This document shows positions 1 to 10,100 of a stretch of DNA of 64,000 bases, in pieces. Below the pieces are notes generated by a model that had not been told where the DNA came from, did no database searches, and saw only the letters and a program-made list of their open reading frames with translations. Made by a program: the position numbers and the translations under genes. Location of the stretch: IMG/VR virus record IMGVR_UViG_3300042010_000012, positions 5,816 to 69,815 of that record, one strand, 5' to 3'. This DNA comes from a virus. The first letter of the stretch is position 1; every line of letters begins with the position of its first letter.

Positions 1-1590
1 ATTTCTTCGAACGCGACACCAGTGGCAACCGCGATGAAGTTCAGACGAATGACGTTGATCGAACGCGCTGGTTTCACGTAGATATCACCAACGAATTCGT
101 TTGCATCAATCACTTGAGGCGTGTTGTTCGAGCTATCGCAAATTACTTTGCGGCTGTAGATACCACGACGTGCCTGAATGTCGCCCAGGTATTGATCGGT
201 CGAGTTACGGAACAGCGCTTGAGTGATGAAGTCGTTCAGTTCGAACAGTTGGTAACGAGCAGAACGCGAGATTGCTTTCTTGATCACGATGAACAGAGTC
301 CGAACGTTGATACGGCTGAAAGCAGATGGAGCGCGCAATGCAGTCTTGTCACCGAACAGAACAGTACCTTCGCCTTTGAAGGAGACGATGCTGTTGATCG
401 ACATCGGATACAGAACGTCACGTTGAGTCTGGTTAGAACTCCAAGCAAGCTTGATAACGTTTTTCAACACGCCGCGGTTGAGACCTGCAGGGCTGAACCA
501 AGGTTCGTTCTGAACGAATACACGAGCATGCAGACCAGCAGCATCCGAGTCACAAGGGATCCAGATATTCTTGTCGTTATACTTGTCGTTGACCAGCTTC
601 CAGTTGTCCACGTTGAACGCGTAGCTAGTAGGCTTGTTCAGAGTGGTACCGAAGTACTCGACCAGGTTATCAACGCGGTCAAGGGTGTTGTAGACAGCTT
701 CCAGGGGCGGTGCGTTAAACGCGACAGCATCCAGACGACTATCCATAACATCGATTGCACGAACAACGCCTTCAATCGGGTTGAATGCAGTAAACACACG
801 CACGATTTCAACCAGGTCGTTGTTAGCGAACAGGTCCCAACCAGATACGAAGTCACCGTTAGCCGCAACGTTATCGTCAACACCACTTTTCAGGAGAGCT
901 TCATACTTACCTGTAGTGAACACGACTTTAGCAACGTCACCCAACAGGATGTATTTCGACTGAGCCTTCAGAACTTCACCGAGCGATGCCGAAGTACCGT
1001 CGCTTTTCTTCTGACCAGTAGCCAGAGTCATCAGTTCATAACGTTCAAGAATAGTGCCAGCGTTACCAGAAATGGAACCGCTTACGTCAACCACGACCAC
1101 GTTGAAAGTGGTAGCGTCAGTAGGCGCGTATTCGAATTCGTTTTTGTATGCCCAAGCAGCGTAGCCAACAGAGTTCGCAATGGAGATCTTGACACCGTTT
1201 ACCATGTCACCAGGGTAACGACCGATGAAGCTAATACCATCAAGCTCAATCGAATCATAGTGATCAGTGTTACGCACCAGCGGAGCGAGTACGGCGATAT
1301 CAGTGTCGTCTGTGATAGCGTTCTTTGCAGCAGTACCAACAACACGTACGGTTGCCAGAGGCACGCTGTACAGCATATAGTTGGCTGCGGCATGGAAGAA
1401 TGGGCTAGTTGCAGCATCAGGTTGACCGAAACGCTGTAGCAGTTCAGCTTCGTTGGTTGTGAGTTCTACGATTTCATCAACCGGGCCCCAACGGAACATA
1501 CCAACGTAGCCAGTTGCGTTCGAGGTAATGCTTTGGGTGTTGTAAGTAAGATCGATTTCCTTACTGTACACACCAGGAGAGTTCGCCATA
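1..1590 (-). CDS. 18: tail sheath protein (gp18-like), C-terminal part beyond window start
   Basis: Reverse-strand translation from ATG at 1590 (RBS AAGAGG) gives MANSPGVYSKEIDLTYNTQSITSNATGYVGMFRWGPVDEIVELTTNEAELLQRFGQP..., matching the T4 gp18 N-terminal pattern (..TG.A..G.F.WGP......VTNE..L...FGQP). It lies downstream of the terminase genes as in T4. The + ORF 114..1439 is a shadow of this gene. Confidence 0.8.
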
Positions 1591-1628
1591 TGTAGTGCCT
1601 CTTATATGTTTAATGGGAATATAGAATC

Positions 1629-1636
1629 TATTTATC
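1629..1636 (-). promoter_or_regulatory. candidate T4-type late promoter (GATAAATA, 1 mismatch to TATAAATA) upstream of sheath gene
   Basis: + strand tatttatc = GATAAATA on the - strand, about 40 nt upstream of the sheath ATG. Confidence 0.35.
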
Positions 1637-1655
1637 GAACGTGGTTATCTAATAC

Positions 1656-3362
1656 CTAGAACACACCAAATGGTCGCGCCTCAGGAATGCCTGTGAACTC
1701 TTCGAAACCGTTTGCAATGATGCCGAACGGTAACAGAGACTCCATCAAGTCTTCCTCAAGTATGCCGCGCACGTTTTTCCGTACGTCTTTGTCTGTCAAA
1801 TCAATGAAGTACTGTTGCACGGTTGCCCATGCAAACAACACACAGCACATCACAAGGTCATCATGTGCCCCTGAGTCGGCCTCATACGACTTACCTTTAG
1901 GGACGAATGTACCGAACTCATCAATCATTTCCTCATCGCTGAGTTCGAGTCGGCCAGTTTCAATCATCGTCTTGACACTTGAGCAGCCAATTGACTTGAC
2001 TTGCGTAGTGGTCCTAACGCCGATACGGGCATCGTTTTTGAAGCCGATTGTCTGCAAACTCTTTTCCGAGTAGCACATCAGCAAGTTTTCATACTCAAAT
2101 TCGTAATAGAGAATGTTGGCTACTTGTTCACCGATGTCGTTAATCTCAACTAGGACATAAGCACCGTTGTACTTGTCGGCAACAGTCTTGATCACTTGCG
2201 GATAGATCATCGGAGATATCGTGTTATTCTTGTAAGTCGCCACGACCTTATACGGTACCTGAGTGACATCGAACACCACAAATGCCGAAAAGTCACCACC
2301 CACACCACGCGACGTATCAACAGTGACGAAATATTCGTGGCCGTTGATCGGATGCGCGTAGACCTTCAAGTCACCAAACGTGTCAATCGGCTTGTTGATC
2401 ACCAGTTGTGCAAGTGTGTCTGCACTCAGCAAGCTGTTCTGGCTACCACGGAAGATAATGCCGTGTTCTTGGTTGAATTGCTCGGCCGAGGTGTTAGCGA
2501 TCTGTTCAGCTTTCCATGCAGCATCGCGACCTGGTACAAGATACCAAGGCACTTCCATACGCTTGAACTGGTTGATGCCGTTGACTGACTCTTGCCACAA
2601 CTTGTGAAACAGCCCACGCGCACCGTTAGGTGTCGACGTGATGATAATGCGCGACTCTTTACCCGATGAGATTACAGGGTAGGTCGATTCATAGAATTCC
2701 ATGTCACGCGGAATGAACGCGCCTTCGTCGATGTACACCAACGAGATAGAACGACCACGAATAGAGCTAGACGTCGAAGCACCACAGAACAACTCAGAGC
2801 GGTTGCCAAACTTCATCGAACCTTTGTTGTATGTCGTCACACCTTGCTTGAGGAAGTTCGGTAGACTTTCATATGACATCTGGATCCGTGACAGAATCTC
2901 CCGCGCTTGAGCAGCTTTGTTCGCCAGAATCGCAATCGTCTTCGACGGCGTAAAGGTCGCAAAGTGTAGCAGGTAGGTCGCAGTCGTCTGGGTTTTACCC
3001 GTCTGCCGTGCCTGCATCGAGATAACAAATCGATGTTTCTGGTACAGTTCTAGCAACTCTTCTTGGAATTGATAGAGGTTGAACGGAATAATACCATCGT
3101 CGATGGAGATGATCTTGACGTACTTGCGCGCAAAGTACACAACATCCCGCATACACTTGATGTACTCAAGTTTCTGGAGATCTGAGTATTCGAATACAGG
3201 CGCGCCCGCTCTCAGGATGATCTGATTGTTTTTGTAGTAATGTTCCTTGTCAGTGAACACGTCAGGCACATAAAGGCTGTAAGTGTTCTTACTCAAGAAC
3301 TTCTTAACGAGTGCAGTGTTATTCGTTATGAACTCGACAAGATCAAATGGGTAATCGGACAT
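1656..3362 (-). CDS. 17: terminase large subunit (gp17-like)
   Basis: 568 aa. Walker A motif QARQTGKTQ resembles T4 gp17 SRQLGKT. Sits in the conserved order 16-17-18. Confidence 0.9.
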   Translation of the reverse strand: MSDYPFDLVEFITNNTALVKKFLSKNTYSLYVPDVFTDKEHYYKNNQIILRAGAPVFEYSDLQKLEYIKCMRDVVYFARKYVKIISIDDGIIPFNLYQFQEELLELYQKHRFVISMQARQTGKTQTTATYLLHFATFTPSKTIAILANKAAQAREILSRIQMSYESLPNFLKQGVTTYNKGSMKFGNRSELFCGASTSSSIRGRSISLVYIDEGAFIPRDMEFYESTYPVISSGKESRIIITSTPNGARGLFHKLWQESVNGINQFKRMEVPWYLVPGRDAAWKAEQIANTSAEQFNQEHGIIFRGSQNSLLSADTLAQLVINKPIDTFGDLKVYAHPINGHEYFVTVDTSRGVGGDFSAFVVFDVTQVPYKVVATYKNNTISPMIYPQVIKTVADKYNGAYVLVEINDIGEQVANILYYEFEYENLLMCYSEKSLQTIGFKNDARIGVRTTTQVKSIGCSSVKTMIETGRLELSDEEMIDEFGTFVPKGKSYEADSGAHDDLVMCCVLFAWATVQQYFIDLTDKDVRKNVRGILEEDLMESLLPFGIIANGFEEFTGIPEARPFGVF

Positions 3363-3373
3363 ATCCCTATTCC

Positions 3374-3883
3374 TTATAGGTCATCCAGCAACGCGTTGAT
3401 GTCTTTAACTGCGTTCTCTGGTGGTGCACTGCCATTGAAGTTCTGTTGGATATTCACTTGCTTGGCAATAGTTTGCTTGCCCCCTGATGAGGACAGCGGC
3501 TTTTGTAAATCAAGAAGGTCTTTGGTCATTCCTGAGATGTTGTTCATGATCGAGGCAACGACTTCGAACGCTCGTGGATGCTCAGACTCACGCGCAACGA
3601 TTGAAGCCCCTTCAAGGGCCACGATCCCACGATTAATCAGGCCGTATAGAATCTTGCGACTGAACGTGTAGTCGTCGAGCAAGTCAGGTGGCAGGGCTTC
3701 TGACGGTTCCATCTTCGTAGGGACGTCGTCGTACTCAACCACAGTAGGCAGGTTAGAGTGACTTGTCTCATCGTCAAGCGCATCGAGCGCTTTGGATACA
3801 TCGTTTTCAGCACCGACGATTTGATTAAGCCGCTCCTCGAAACGGGTAGTCTGGCGATCATTCATATTATGGAACCTCAACAT
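3374..3883 (-). CDS. 16: terminase small subunit (gp16-like)
   Basis: 169 aa directly upstream of TerL. Motifs (LDDYxxxRxxL..., central hydrophobic segment) and size resemble T4 gp16. Confidence 0.6.
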   Translation of the reverse strand: MLRFHNMNDRQTTRFEERLNQIVGAENDVSKALDALDDETSHSNLPTVVEYDDVPTKMEPSEALPPDLLDDYTFSRKILYGLINRGIVALEGASIVARESEHPRAFEVVASIMNNISGMTKDLLDLQKPLSSSGGKQTIAKQVNIQQNFNGSAPPENAVKDINALLDDL

Positions 3884-4556
3884 TCGTGAGCAACAACTCG
3901 GACGTATCCAAGTCGAAGATGTTTGTAATCACTTTGGTAATGATTTTGCTAGTCGCAGTCGGCATATAAAGCCAGCCGTCAAGTGCAAAGCTGAACGAAG
4001 TTTCAAGATACTGTTCATCATCAAATGCGCCTTCGAACATGTCCTGAATCTGCGAATCAAGCAGGGCGATGTTAATTGCCGAAGTTACATTAAGATCCTT
4101 GTTGTCTTTAACGATCACATTCAGCGACGGGTTAAACATGACAAGGATCTGTTCAACGATCTGAAGCATGTCGTCAACAGTCTTGGTCTTTGCGTTCACT
4201 TCATACATGAACTTGTATGGCACGCGGTTACGCTGGCTCGAAAGCTCGGTCACTTGCGTCCTGTCAGACTGTTCGACCAACTGGTTGTATTTGCTCAACA
4301 TACGATCAGGATCGCGCTGCCAAGAGACAAGCTTGAAACTCATTCTTGGTAGAATGTTCTGATACTTCAGCGACGTCTGAATGTCAGGGTTTTGCTTTAG
4401 TCGCGCATCATACTTCTGCTGGATTGCATAGGAGATCGGTACAAGGATAATTTTGCCATCAGCGCGTTCGATCTTGATTTCGTTGAACACAGCACCAAAC
4501 ACCCCAGTCAATAGGGTGATGGTCTTGTTATACTTAAAACTCTCTAATGAATGCAT
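3867..4556 (-). CDS. 15: tail sheath stabilizer / tail completion protein (gp15-like)
   Basis: 229 aa. N-terminus KYNKTITLLTGVFGAVFNEIKIER resembles T4 gp15 FRRYATLMGDLFSNIQIKRQ. Motifs ILPRxS and MLQIVEQIL match the MFQIVEQIL region of gp15. Confidence 0.75.
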   Translation of the reverse strand: MHSLESFKYNKTITLLTGVFGAVFNEIKIERADGKIILVPISYAIQQKYDARLKQNPDIQTSLKYQNILPRMSFKLVSWQRDPDRMLSKYNQLVEQSDRTQVTELSSQRNRVPYKFMYEVNAKTKTVDDMLQIVEQILVMFNPSLNVIVKDNKDLNVTSAINIALLDSQIQDMFEGAFDDEQYLETSFSFALDGWLYMPTATSKIITKVITNIFDLDTSELLLTNVEVP

Positions 4557-4560
4557 ATGA

Positions 4561-5187
4561 TCATTTCACCGCGAATGGGTCTGCTGGATCAAAAGTCGTC
4601 TCAGGTTGGAACGTTGCCTCAATGACTTCGTTTTTACCGAATGGCTCAGTTTCAGTCGCTTGGTCGAAGTTCATCACACCTGCAATGAATTCGTTGATGT
4701 CAACATCACCTGCGTCAATGTCTTCATGGCTCAGTTCGAACAGTTCGGCGCTAATCTCATAGACCAGTTGTGCGCCTTGTTGGAAGAACGGGCTTTCGTT
4801 TTCTACGAACTTGATTTCGAAGATCGCATTGGTGTAAGGCATGAACAGCAAATCACCTTCACGTGGACGCGGGAGATCTGGGAACTCTTCAGTGAAGCGT
4901 GTTCGGTTAACAATGAACTTCGCTGTGTCTTTGATAGTCAGACCAAACTTGGTCATCATCTCGCCCTGACCACCCCAGCCCTGAACGTTCTCCAGGTACA
5001 TCTCAATCGACTTAGTGCCAGCGAATGACGATGTAGGATCTTCACCGTACAGCGTGTTGTAATTGTGGTGCGTGCGCTCCATGTATCGAATATCGACACC
5101 GCGCGCCTGAATAGCTTCAATGATCAGGTCATCGGTCAACTGTTGTTCTTCAGTCGCCGTATAGTTCGTCATGTATGGGTTGAGCAT
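4561..5187 (-). CDS. 14: neck protein (gp14-like), assigned by synteny
   Basis: 208 aa between the gp15 and gp13 homologues. RBS AAGGG is present. Function is inferred from the conserved T4 neck-module order only. Confidence 0.5.
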   Translation of the reverse strand: MLNPYMTNYTATEEQQLTDDLIIEAIQARGVDIRYMERTHHNYNTLYGEDPTSSFAGTKSIEMYLENVQGWGGQGEMMTKFGLTIKDTAKFIVNRTRFTEEFPDLPRPREGDLLFMPYTNAIFEIKFVENESPFFQQGAQLVYEISAELFELSHEDIDAGDVDINEFIAGVMNFDQATETEPFGKNEVIEATFQPETTFDPADPFAVK

Positions 5188-5261
5188 CGCAATACCCTTA
5201 AAAGATTCTGTCTATCGCGCCCAGTCGGGTGCATTGTATAAACCTATTTAGTGATAACGGT

Positions 5262-5288
5262 AATAAAAAACCCGACTGAGTTGTCGGG
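5262..5288 (-). terminator. rho-independent terminator on - strand (hairpin CCCGAC/GTCGGG plus T-run)
   Basis: The - strand reads cccgacaactcagtcggg followed by TTTTTTATTA. It lies after the 99-aa gene and before gp14. Confidence 0.55.
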
Positions 5289-5298
5289 TTCGTTATGC

Positions 5299-5598
5299 TT
5301 ATCGCAACTTGTCCTTATCAAACAAGTATGATGTGCCGTAGTAGCTGAGTAACAGCGAGATCAACGCACCCACAATCGTGACCACGATGCTGTTGAACTC
5401 GGCCATTGTCTTTGCAGTGTCAACCGAGATGAACAAGCCGACCAGTGCGTAATACACACCAAACAGGATCAGCGAAAGAAACGAACCAACAGCCATGCGG
5501 CGCCGAATGATCCATTTGAGCTTATCCTTGTCAGCTTCAAGCTGAGCCCGAGCGCGCTCAAGTTCATCATCTATGCCGTTGTTGTTTTCGTCTATCAT
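5299..5598 (-). CDS. small membrane protein (N-terminal acidic coiled-coil plus 2 predicted TM helices)
   Basis: 99 aa. RBS AAGGTGA. Hydrophobic stretches VGSFLSLILFGVYYALVGLFISV and IVVTIVGALISLLLSYY. Inserted between the gp13 and gp14 homologues. Confidence 0.5.
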   Translation of the reverse strand: MIDENNNGIDDELERARAQLEADKDKLKWIIRRRMAVGSFLSLILFGVYYALVGLFISVDTAKTMAEFNSIVVTIVGALISLLLSYYGTSYLFDKDKLR

Positions 5599-5611
5599 CT
5601 CACCTTACCCT

Positions 5612-6361
5612 TTAACCCATGCAAAAGTCGATTGGTTCTTCATAAGTTGAACGCAGTTCCTCATCAAGGTCATTGATTTCAGCGGTCGCCTCGTCGAAGA
5701 TTTGTTGACCGTTTACCGAAACACCACCAAGCATTTGGATTTCGCCGTGCTTTTTCATGTTCTGACCAAAGTTCTGTTTGATCAGTGCAGTCGCGTAACG
5801 CTTCAACCAGGTGTCATTCCATGCACTAGGATCATCATCAGGATTGATTTTCTTGTACACATGAAAGGTCAAGACTTCACCAACTTTAGACGACTCCATA
5901 CCACGATAGATGATCAACTTCGCCTTGTGCTTCGTAAACTCGAAACGCTCAGTAGTGTTAATCATATCGTTGACTTCTTGGAGATTGGTCATCGACATGT
6001 AATAGTTCAGCATATCCAACGGCTGAAACGGTGACATGTTCTGCATCGTGAAGTTGTAGCGATAACTGAACAGACTATCAGTACCATGTTCCTTATAGAT
6101 TGTCGACATCGGTACAATCTGGTCAACAGTCATGATGTCCGACGGCAACGTGATGTAGCCGTTTAGGATATCGTCTTCAACCAACGCGTAGCCGATCCAA
6201 GCTTTCTCAGAGCCATCATAGTGTTTACCATTCCAAGCTTGAATTGCATCATCGATGCGATCTTCGACTTGGGAGTCGGACACGTTGATGCGAATAACTG
6301 GCTTACCCAGCTTGCGCAGGCAATATTCAGCAAACTCGGCACGGGAGGTAATGTCTGCCAT
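5612..6361 (-). CDS. 13: neck protein (gp13-like)
   Basis: LRKLGKPVIRINVSDSQVEDRIDDAIQ resembles T4 gp13 [23 protein letters not shown], and the C-terminal GGVSVNGQQIFDEA region is conserved. The track start at 6376 is GTG. The ATG at 6361 overlaps the upstream stop by 1 nt (TGATG). Confidence 0.7.
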   Translation of the reverse strand: MADITSRAEFAEYCLRKLGKPVIRINVSDSQVEDRIDDAIQAWNGKHYDGSEKAWIGYALVEDDILNGYITLPSDIMTVDQIVPMSTIYKEHGTDSLFSYRYNFTMQNMSPFQPLDMLNYYMSMTNLQEVNDMINTTERFEFTKHKAKLIIYRGMESSKVGEVLTFHVYKKINPDDDPSAWNDTWLKRYATALIKQNFGQNMKKHGEIQMLGGVSVNGQQIFDEATAEINDLDEELRSTYEEPIDFCMG

Positions 6362-6939
6362 CAGAGCACCACCCACAGTGCGCCACTTTCGACAGTCACA
6401 GTGATACCAGGGCTAACCGTAGGATCAATCGACAGGGCGTTCTTGGCTGCTGGAACCGAAATGCTCAAGTCAATGTTTCTGTCAAACATGAGTACTCCAC
6501 TTGCTGAACCTGCTGTACCAGACGACATGCTGAACTGAGTCCGCAAGTCCGTGTAGGCTGTCAACTGAGTTGCGTTAGTCGTGAAGATTGCGATTGGCAA
6601 CACGTTCTTTTCAGGCACTGCATCAGACGCATGCAGTTGAAATACAGGTGCAAAGTTGTCGATCTTGTAAATGACCAGAACGCGAGTCACACTAGGCGGC
6701 ATCGTTACGACTGTGTTAGCCATAAACTCAACCACAGAACCGTTACGAACAGTACCACCGTAAACCGAGATGTCCAACCCAGAAGTATCAGCGCGGTTAT
6801 ATGTGAACGGGCCAGTGATAGCCAGTTCTGCAATATAATCGTCAAGATATTGGGCCGTGTCGGTGTGGGCCTGCACAAGTGCATTGATCTTTGTTTTCCA
6901 CTCAGCGAACGTATCGCTGAATACCAATTCACTTACCAT
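6361..6939 (-). CDS. hypothetical virion structural protein (position of wac/whisker region)
   Basis: 192 aa with no recognisable motif. Tightly coupled to gp13 (1-nt overlap) within the late block. Confidence 0.4.
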   Translation of the reverse strand: MVSELVFSDTFAEWKTKINALVQAHTDTAQYLDDYIAELAITGPFTYNRADTSGLDISVYGGTVRNGSVVEFMANTVVTMPPSVTRVLVIYKIDNFAPVFQLHASDAVPEKNVLPIAIFTTNATQLTAYTDLRTQFSMSSGTAGSASGVLMFDRNIDLSISVPAAKNALSIDPTVSPGITVTVESGALWVVL

Positions 6940-7147
6940 TCTTCATTTCCTCTAGAAGCTGGTTGAGTAAGCCTTCGAGCCGTTCAACCTTCTTCTCTAA
7001 GTTGTCGATGTGCGCCTTCTCGTTGAGCTTGCGTGCTTGTAACTCACGCGCAGCGAGTAAGGCATCTCTGTCAGTATTTAGAACACCACCCGAATGCGCG
7101 TCCTTGCGCAATCCTGGTATGCCCTCTACGTGAAGTAGATCGTTCAT
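6929..7147 (-). CDS. small coiled-coil protein
   Basis: 72 aa with heptad-like LLAARELQARKLNEKAHIDNLEKKVERLEGLLNQLLEEMK. The start overlaps the stop of the 1639-aa gene (TAATG). Confidence 0.4.
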   Translation of the reverse strand: MNDLLHVEGIPGLRKDAHSGGVLNTDRDALLAARELQARKLNEKAHIDNLEKKVERLEGLLNQLLEEMKNGK

Positions 7148-10100
7148 TAAGTCCCCAGCGCAAGTCCGCGCAGTCGTTTGGCCATTGGTACATTACACGA
7201 CGAATTCGATGTCATGACGATCTTGAACTGGTAGAAGCTGAACAGTGTCAGAGCGTCTTTGGCATACTGGAACTCGTTGAAAATCATCGGATCAGTCGAA
7301 GTTTTAGTCGACACTGCTGGCATTGCAGCCCAGACCTTATCGTTCACTTCCTGTTCAGTGTTACCAGTGCGGTAGAACACTAGGAAGTTAGACCCTTGTG
7401 GCTGATTCACGTCAACGAACAGCTTGAGAGCGTTCGCAGCGTTTGCCAGACCGATGACCTTAGTCAAGTATCGAGCGTAAGCGTTGCCGCCCGTAGCCGC
7501 TGTCTCAGTGACTGTAGTAGGGTTGTTGATACGGTTCACGATACCGATAATGCCTGCGCGGTTCATGTCGATAACAGGAGAGATGTTATCAACGAAAGAA
7601 ACCAAGCCTGCTGTTACAATACCTGCAGGAGCAGTTAGCAGAGAATCGTTAGCCGAGTTTGGAACAACGTGCGGTACAGCAAGCAAGTTGTTTGCGCCCG
7701 GTGTAATGTTTAGCGCAGCCGCTTGTTGGTACGGTGTTTCAGTACCGTCAGTTGACTGGCCAGTTGTACCACGATAAGTCCAAACAATCTCAGTCTGGTC
7801 GAACGTCAAGTTTTCGATGATTGGTTGCAGTGCAGCCATCGCCATGCTCTTACCTGAAGTCACAACAGCGCCACCGAACGAACCACTTGTGGTAGCGTTG
7901 GTAGTGGTCTTGAAGGTCAAGTGATCCGGATCAATTACACTGAACACAGTTTGCTGTGCGTTCAATTCACCGAGTGGGATACCAGGACCAACATCAACAC
8001 CTTCAATTACGAACTTAGAACCAACGAACATACCATGGTTAGGTATTTCAAGGGTAATAGTGTTCGAAGCAGCAGTCGACTTCATCGGGTTAGCGACCAG
8101 AGTCACACGATCCGGGTAGCCCATTTTCAAACCTGCGCTGAACACCGAATCAGTGCTGAACTTCGCAGTGTTGATCTTGAACTTCATGTCCGACAACTGA
8201 TCTTCAGACCAGGTGCTGTTGTTCTGCGACTTGAAGAGAACACCTACTGCTGGCTGTTTCGAGATTGCAACGTTGCCAACCAACGACGGACGACCCATAG
8301 TGGCGATGAACGCGTTGTAGTTGTTGCTGTTCGACATCAGAACGAAGCAGTATTCGTTGCCATCTGCCAAGTACACAGGGCTTTCCATTACGAACTTGGT
8401 GCTAACAGTGCCGTTAGTCGACACGTTCACTTGGCTTGGGTTCATCGACACAGTGCTATAAGGCACGATGTTCTTACCAGGTACACCAGCTTCCATGTCG
8501 CGAATCTGAATCGACACTGGCATTACAGTATCTTTGGTCTTGAAGAATACTTCGATGCTAGTAACAAACACACCACCAGACTTCTCAACAAAGAACGACT
8601 GCGCCAATGGGTCCCATGGTTTAACGACCGAACTAGACACTTGCGAGATGTTTGTGGTAGTCACAACAGTCTGCGACAGCAAGTTCAGAGTGCCTTTAGC
8701 GGTGTAACTTGCACCTGTGTACGACAGCGAAGTTTCGCGCACGTTGTTGGCGTTGTCGATCAGGGTGAACTGCTTGGTACCGGTACGGAAGCGCAAAGCG
8801 GTCGTATTAGGGATCAAGAAAGTGCCCGAGATGTTGCCCAAGCTGTTAACGTACATCGGTGCGCCGTAAGCTTGTACACCTTGTTTGCAGTGTGCGGTCA
8901 CGTTGACATCGTCGAAGAACGCATACACGCGACTGAACGGCATCAGACCCTGCGCAGAAAACGCAACTTCGCGTGAACGCATGTACGGGATATCTGAAGT
9001 GCCAACTTGGTTAGTGATAGTCGACGACGACGTGGTCACTACGTTCTGTGTTGTGGTCGTTGTAGACGAACCTACACGCGAGTGACGCCGAGCAGAATCG
9101 TTCGGGTTAGTTGTCGTCCAAGTGTTTGCACCGTTGTGCATGGTGTACACTACGGATGGTGCAGTACTTGACCAGTTACCCACAGTTTGGCTAACGTTGT
9201 TGCGGTCGATGATAGTGCTATCGTACCAGACGTCGCTGCTTGGGGTCAGGGTCAGTGTACCGTTCCAGCGGTAAACAGCATACGGGTTGATGTTCAGTGC
9301 ATCAGACGCAAGCAACTGCGACAGGAACACGCGCTCGGTATACGGCAGAGTGATCAACGAACCAGTCTGAACAGCACCAGTCGAGTATGCAGGATCAAGT
9401 GTCAGACCGACGAAGTCAACGCCAATACCTGGGCTCATGATGCTGCTGTCGATGTTACAGTTGAACTCGGCTACAGTCGAGTTAGCCACAGAGTAATCAG
9501 AGAACCCATCAGTCACAAAACCGTTTTTGAAGCGGTTTAGACCAGTAGACGGATCGGTGATCTGCATCGAGTTGGTTTCAGTTTCAAGCAACGACAGCGA
9601 GGTGTAGTATTCGATACTCGCAATCCGATCTTCCAACTTACCGATGTCACGCATAGTGTAACGACGGTTGTTGATGAACACAGACTGAATATCGGTAACA
9701 GACTTCGTGTAAGCAGGAACAATCAACTTGTACAGGGTCATTGTGTTATCTGGAGCGTTCGGCTCAGCGGGGTTAATCGCAGGAACACCTTTAATGACAC
9801 CGAAAGTACCTTTCGAATCGACATACACTTTGTCCACACGTGGCAGGTACTGATCCAGATCGCAACGGAACAGTGTGTACGGTGCTGGCACTTCAACGAA
9901 CGAAGCCCCTGTACCAGTGAACGCCGTCCCTGCATCGTTGAAGCGAGGGCGGAAGTCGATCATGTCGGCCATGCTAGTGGCTGAGTTGTTTGCCGCGTCT
10001 ACAGGGATGCTTGGGTAAGCCACAGTGCTGTAAGAGTCAACGTTGAAGTAATCACCTGCACCGTGCAAGTAGTATTCGAAGTCGATAACCAGGTCGTTAG

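Noticed and set aside
114-1439. 441-aa + strand ORF
   Set aside because: It is a low-complexity shadow frame opposite the tail sheath gene. The - strand translation gives a clear gp18-like N-terminus with an RBS.
7921-8976. 351-aa + strand ORF (and others at 10063..10557, 10948..11802) inside the 1639-aa gene
   Set aside because: These are shadow ORFs on the opposite strand of a long uninterrupted gene. Their composition is biased (His/Arg/Val-rich) and they have no RBS.
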